Source: an uncultured Acidimicrobiia bacterium
GTDB taxonomy: Bacteria; Actinomycetota; Acidimicrobiia; Acidimicrobiales; AC-14
NCBI GenBank assembly: GCA_963836205.1
Contig: CAWIIV010000024.1
Location: 192,001 to 256,000 of the forward strand
Reading direction: 5' to 3'
Length of the DNA stretch: 64,000 nt
Below, piece by piece: positions 56,025 through 64,000 of this stretch. Position numbers and translations under genes: made by a program. How positions within the stretch are numbered: position 1 is the first letter of the stretch; each line of letters opens with the position of its first letter. The notes beneath the pieces are model-generated. The model searched no databases and was not told the origin of the DNA. It was given only the letters and a program-made list of their open reading frames with translations.

Positions 56025-56945
56025 TCAGGCGGCGACCGCCGTGCCGAGGAGGCGCAGGAGCTCGGAGACGACCCATGCCGGCCGTTCGACGAGGTCGCCC
56101 CACGTGAAGCGCACGACCCGCCAGCCGGCCCGGTGGAGCCGCCGGTCACGGGCTTCGTCAGCCTCCTGGTCGAGCTTGGCGGAGTGGTGGCGGTGACTGT
56201 CGAGCTCGATCAGCAGGCGGGCGGGCGGGTAGGCGACGTCGACCCGCCCGATCCATTCGGCGTCGTCGCCCACGTCCAACTGGCGGACGGGTTCGGCGAG
56301 GCCGGCGTCTCGGACGAGATCGCGGAAGCGGGCTTCCAACTCGCTCGCGGGCGGGATGTAGCCCTCGGCACGGGCGGCCAACAGACGCCGCATCACGGCC
56401 GTGCCCTTGCGACCTCGGCTGGCGAGGTCGAAGAAGGCAGCCTGGAGGGTCCCGGGAGTGGCGACGCCCATCGCCAGGCAGTTGTCGATCGCCCGCTCCG
56501 TCTTCCCCGGGTGGAGCACGCCGGCGAGGTCGCAGAGCGTGCGGGCCACCCTCGTGGTGACGATGCCCTCGACGACCGTCAGGTGATGTTCCGGGAATGG
56601 CCGCCACCGGTGGACGAGCTCGCTGTCGGTCCGGTGCCGCCGGGGCCGGGGCGTGGTCACTTCGACGAGCCCGCGGCGCTCGAAGCCGGGGATGCCGAGG
56701 AGCGCGGCCGCCGACCGGTGCGAGGCGGCCGCCGCCGGACCGGCCGCCAGGACAAGCCCGTGAAGCCGTTGCTCCCAGGTCCGTGGGGATCCCAGGATCC
56801 GGTACACATTGACCGCCACCTGCTCCCAATGGCCCGATCGGAGCCGGTGTCTTGTCGCCTCCCGGGTGAAGCCGAGACCCGCAATTTGCGCGCCGCTCAC
56901 GAGGCCGTGCTGCCTTTCAGCAAGTTCCATGAGTTCTCGATCCAT
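56025..56945 (-). CDS. AbiEi-antitoxin-like N-terminus with DUF559/PD-(D/E)xK-like C-terminus (gene B)
   Basis: LAERQHGLV, SHRSAAALLG, RTLCDLA, SELEARF, RVDVAYP..LIELDS..HH, GWRVVRFTW. Confidence 0.85.
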   Translation of the reverse strand: MDRELMELAERQHGLVSGAQIAGLGFTREATRHRLRSGHWEQVAVNVYRILGSPRTWEQRLHGLVLAAGPAAAASHRSAAALLGIPGFERRGLVEVTTPRPRRHRTDSELVHRWRPFPEHHLTVVEGIVTTRVARTLCDLAGVLHPGKTERAIDNCLAMGVATPGTLQAAFFDLASRGRKGTAVMRRLLAARAEGYIPPASELEARFRDLVRDAGLAEPVRQLDVGDDAEWIGRVDVAYPPARLLIELDSHRHHSAKLDQEADEARDRRLHRAGWRVVRFTWGDLVERPAWVVSELLRLLGTAVAA

Positions 56946-56977
56946 TTCGCGACGATGCCACACGTCGCGCACGATCG

Positions 56978-57091
56978 GCAACCGGTGACGTTTTCGGGGG
57001 TCCCCGCCCCCAGATCCCTCACCAGTTCGGTGACGGTCGGCAACCGGTGACGTTTTCGGGGGTCCCCGCCCCCAGATCCGTCACCAGTTCG
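56978..57091. repeat. Two tandem 52-bp palindromic units (62-bp period) upstream of gene B
   Basis: GCAACCGGTGACGTTTTCGGGGGTCCCCGCCCCCAGATCC(C/G)TCACCAGTTCG twice. Confidence 0.9.
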
Positions 57092-57128
57092 GGGTCTCGT
57101 TGTCGCAGGGTCGTCGTACGCTGAGGGC

Positions 57129-59175
57129 ATGCCTCCGTTCCGGGTTGTGAGCGACTTCGAGCCGGGGGGCGACCAGCCCAAGGCCATCGAGGGGCTCACG
57201 CGCGGGGTCCAGCGGGGCGACCGGTTCCAGACGCTCCTGGGCATCACGGGCAGCGGCAAGTCGGCCACCATCGCCTGGACCATCGAGGCGGTACAGAAGC
57301 CCACGCTCGTCATCGCGCCCAACAAGTCGCTCGCGGCCCAGCTGGCCAACGAGTTCAAGGAGTTCTTCCCCGACAACCGGGTCGAGTACTTCGTCTCCTA
57401 CTACGACTACTACCAGCCCGAGGCCTACATCCCCTCGAGCGACACGTACATCGAGAAGGACTCGTCGATCAACGACGAGATCGACCGCCTCCGCCACTCG
57501 CGCCACGTCCGGCCTCCTCGCCCGGCGGGACGTCATCGTCGTGGCCAGCGTGTCGTGCATCTACGGCCTGGGCTCGCCCGAGGAGTACGCCACCCAGGTC
57601 CTCCGCCTTCAACCCGGCGAGGAGCATCCCCAGCGGGCCATCCTCAGCCGGCTGGTCGACATGCAGTACGAGCGCAACGACGTGAACTTCGTCCGGGGCA
57701 AGTTCCGGGTGCGGGGCGACACCATCGAGGTCTTCCCCGCCTACGACGAGATGGGCGTGCGCATCGAGCTGTTCGGCGACGAGGTCGAGCGCATCAGCCG
57801 GGTCGACCCCCTCACCGGCGAGCTCATCGCCGACATCAAGGAGCTCGAGATCTTCCCCGCCACCCATTACGTGGCCGGCGAGATGCGCATGAAACGGGCC
57901 ATCGTCCAGATCGAGGAGGAGCTTCAGCACCGGCTCAAGTGGTTCGAGAACGAGGGCAAGCTGCTCGAGGCCCAGCGGCTGCGGATGCGCACCCAGTACG
58001 ACCTGGAGATGATGCAGGAGGTCGGCTTCTGCAACGGCATCGAGAACTACTCCCGCCACATCGACGGCCGCCGGCCGGGCGAGGCCCCCAACACCCTCCT
58101 CGACTTCTTCCCCGACGACTTCCTCCTGGTCATCGACGAGTCGCACGTCACCGTCCCCCAGCTCCACGGCCAGTACGAGGGCGACCGGTCCCGGAAGGAG
58201 ACCCTCGTCGACCACGGGTTCCGTCTCCCGTCGGCGGCCGACAACCGGCCCCTGCGCTTCGACGAGTGGTACGAGAAGGTCAATCAGTGCATCTTCTTGT
58301 CCGCCACCCCTTCGCCGTACGAGATCTCCCAGTCCAGCCAGGTGGTGGAGCAGGTGGTGCGGCCCACCGGCCTCACCGATCCCGAGGTGGTGGTCAAGCC
58401 CACCAAGGGCCAGATCGACGACCTCATGGAGCAGATCAAGGTCACCGTCGAGCGGGGCGACCGGGTGCTCGTCACCACTCTCACCAAGAAGATGGCCGAA
58501 GACCTCACCGACTACCTGCTCGAGCTGGGCGTGCGGGTGCGCTACCTGCACAGCAACGTCGACACCGTCCAGCGCATCGAGATCCTCCGCGACCTGCGGC
58601 TGGGGGAGTTCGACGTCCTCGTCGGCATCAACCTCCTCCGGGAGGGGCTCGACCTGCCCGAGGTCAGCCTGGTGTGCATCCTCGACGCCGACAAGGAGGG
58701 CTTCCTCCGCAGCGAGACGTCGCTCATCCAGACCATGGGCCGGGCCGCCCGCAACGTCGACGGCCAGGTGATCATGTACGCCGACAAGGTCACCGACTCC
58801 ATGCAGCGGGCCATCTCCGAGACCAACCGCCGCCGGGGGGTGCAGGAGGCCTACAACCTCGAGCACGGCATCGACCCCCAGACCATCCGCAAGGCGGTCA
58901 CCGACATCCTCGCCACCCTGCGGCCGGAAGGCGACGGCAAGTCGCCGATGCCCGGCAAGGACAAGCGGTCCCGGCGGCGTGACCGCTCCCGGTCCGACTT
59001 CTCCGAGCTGCCCCGCGAGGAGCTGGCCCGGCTCATCCAGACCCTCGAGGAGGAGATGAAGTCGGCCGCCGCCGATCTCCGCTTCGAGTACGCGGCCCGC
59101 CTGCGGGATGAGGTCCACGACCTGAAGCGGGAGCTGAAGGAGATGGAGGAAGGGCTCAGGCCGGCATCGGCCTAG
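57129..59175 (+). CDS. uvrB: Excinuclease ABC subunit B (apparent +1 insertion near 57501)
   Basis: [22 protein letters not shown]; DESH and [10 protein letters not shown] in the second frame. Confidence 0.93.
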
Positions 59176-59201
59176 GCCGATACCTACAGGGTGACCTCGG
59201 G

Positions 59202-60977
59202 ATGGCTTCGGCGCGCACGGGTACGTCCGTGACGCTCGTGACCGATCCCCCCGCCCCGACCGGGTCGGTGGCCGGATGGCACCTCCGGGCGTGGCGGGCT
59301 CCGGTGCGGGTCCACCTGGCCGTCCTCGGGCTCGTCCTCGTGGGCCTCATGGCGGTCGTGGGCACGAGCGCCTCGTTCTCGGCCGACGAAGGAGCCGTCA
59401 TCCTCCAGGCCCGGTCGCTGGCCCGGGGGGACGGGTGGATCGTGCCCCACCCGGTGCCCGAGGCCGACCCCGACGGCGTCGCCTACCCGCTCGAGCTGTC
59501 GGCCGGGGGTTCACGGGGGATGGCCCCCTTCGCCAAGCACCCGCTCTACGCGATCGTCCTGGCCGGAGCGGCACGGGTGGGCGGGATCAACGCCATGGTC
59601 GCCCTCTCCCTCCTGGGGACGGTGGCGGCCGCGGCGGTGGCGGCCGCCCTCGCCTCCCGCATGGGCGGCCCCGGCCTGGCCCGTCCCGCCCTGTGGGGCG
59701 TGGGGCTGGGCACGCCCCTCCTCCTCGACGGCTACCTGGTGATCGCCCACACGCTCGGCGCGGCGCTGGCCGGCGCCACCGTGCTGGTGGCGGCGCGGGC
59801 CGTCGAACGCCGGAAGCCTGTCCTCGCGTTCGCGGTCGGCATCCTGGCCGCGGTGACGGTCCTGTTCCGCACCGAGGCGCTCCTGCTGGCGGCCGCTCTC
59901 GCCCTCGTGGTGGGCCTGCTGGCGTTGCGGCGCCGAGGATCCGAGCGGGGGACGGCGGCCCTGGTGGGCGGGGCTGCGGTTGCCGGCGCCGGCCTGGCCC
60001 TGGTGGCCGAGAGGCTGTGGTCGACCGCGATCGTGGGCGCGGCCACGCTCCACGTCGGGAGCAGCCCGTCCAGCGCCGGCGACGCCGGCTACCTGGCGGG
60101 ACGGGTCCGCTCCTTCGCCCTCACCTGGCTGCGTCCGTCGTACGACGGGGGGACGGGGGACCTGATCCTCGTGGTCATGGCGGCGGCCGTCGCCCTGGCC
60201 GTGCTCGCCGCCCGCCGCCACCCGGGTGAAAACGGCCCGATCACGGTCCTCGCCGTGGTCGCCGCCGCCGCCTCGGTGCTCGCCGTGGTGATCGTCCCGG
60301 CCACTGTCGTGCCCGGCCTCCTGATCGCCAGCCCGCTCGTCCTCGCCGGCCTGGTCGCCGTCCGCCGGTCACACTTCGTCTCCTCGGGGACCACCGCCAC
60401 TCTCGCCGCCGGGACCTTCGCCGGCTTCGCCCTGGCCGTGCTCGCCACCCAATACTCGACCGGTGGGTCGTTCGAGTGGGGAGGCCGGTACTTCGCCATC
60501 GGCCTGCCCCTCGTGGTACCCGTCGGCCTGCTCGCCCTCCGGCAGGTGGGTGAGAGCCTGGCCCCCACCACCCGCCGGCTGGCGGCCGCCGGACTCGTGG
60601 TGTGCACCCTCAGCATGGCCGTCATGTCCGTCGGCGCCATCCGGGAGACCCGCCGCCTCACCGGCGAGATGATGGTGGCCATCGACCGCGCCGCCCGGAC
60701 GATCGACGCCCGGCCCGTCATCCTCACCACCGAGCGGGCCGTTCCCCGCACCGCGTGGGCCACCTTCGACCGCCAGCGGTGGCTGCTCGACCTCTCCGAC
60801 GACCTCTCGCCCGTGGTCGGCCGGCTGCGGGGCGCGGGCATCGACCGCATCGCCCTGGTGTCCAGCCGGCGCACCGAGACTCTCCTCCGCCAGCTCGGCC
60901 CGGGCGTCACCGTGGTCTCCGCCGACGCCTGGGCCCAGAGCGTCGGATGGCGGGTTCTCGTCCTCGAACTGGCGTAG
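59202..60977 (+). CDS. Polytopic membrane protein, GT-C-like
   Basis: SADEG in first loop, FRTE, EWGGRYF, more than 10 TM segments. Confidence 0.5.
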   Translation: MASARTGTSVTLVTDPPAPTGSVAGWHLRAWRAPVRVHLAVLGLVLVGLMAVVGTSASFSADEGAVILQARSLARGDGWIVPHPVPEADPDGVAYPLELSAGGSRGMAPFAKHPLYAIVLAGAARVGGINAMVALSLLGTVAAAAVAAALASRMGGPGLARPALWGVGLGTPLLLDGYLVIAHTLGAALAGATVLVAARAVERRKPVLAFAVGILAAVTVLFRTEALLLAAALALVVGLLALRRRGSERGTAALVGGAAVAGAGLALVAERLWSTAIVGAATLHVGSSPSSAGDAGYLAGRVRSFALTWLRPSYDGGTGDLILVVMAAAVALAVLAARRHPGENGPITVLAVVAAAASVLAVVIVPATVVPGLLIASPLVLAGLVAVRRSHFVSSGTTATLAAGTFAGFALAVLATQYSTGGSFEWGGRYFAIGLPLVVPVGLLALRQVGESLAPTTRRLAAAGLVVCTLSMAVMSVGAIRETRRLTGEMMVAIDRAARTIDARPVILTTERAVPRTAWATFDRQRWLLDLSDDLSPVVGRLRGAGIDRIALVSSRRTETLLRQLGPGVTVVSADAWAQSVGWRVLVLELA

Positions 60978-61012
60978 CCAGGTTGGATTTGGCCCAGGGG
61001 TACCCTCGGAGG

Positions 61013-63889
<2,877 letters not shown>

Positions 63890-64000
63890 GCGGCCTCCGC
63901 CCCCCACGAGGGCGCGCAGACGGCGGCTCAAGCGGGCCGCGCCGATGGTCGATAGGTACAAGGTGCGCCGCCTGGCCCGTCCGCTGATGACCGTGGGGAC

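Noticed and set aside
57495-57510. Split uvrB
   Set aside because: One extra C breaks the conserved RHSATS motif; both halves are otherwise intact.

Overview
High-GC actinobacterial chromosome segment, probably Acidimicrobiia. It carries the conserved pdtaR-polA-rpsA-coaE-uvrB-uvrA backbone, with housekeeping and accessory genes upstream (murA, helD-like, malQ, purN, gnd, DtxR family, ECF sigma module, VapBC). A ~17-kb Tad/Flp pilus block lies between rpsA and coaE. It has three flp pilins, a two-component system, a partner-switching pair and an intact ISL3 element with an 8-bp target duplication. Main unexplained signals: (1) two unrelated AbiEi/DUF559-type nuclease genes are each bracketed by their own family of 52-72-bp palindromic repeats, and a solo copy of one unit occurs 43 kb away, an architecture like REP/RAYT but without an HUH transposase; (2) four tandem cassettes in the pilin array share a palindromic box, a sigma-28-like promoter and a terminator, and one has no pilin ORF, so it is a candidate sRNA; (3) a VioB/RebD-like gene at the left edge is missing from the ORF track. 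Several single-base frameshifts, including in polA and uvrB, are most likely sequencing errors. All family assignments come from motif recognition, not from database searches.
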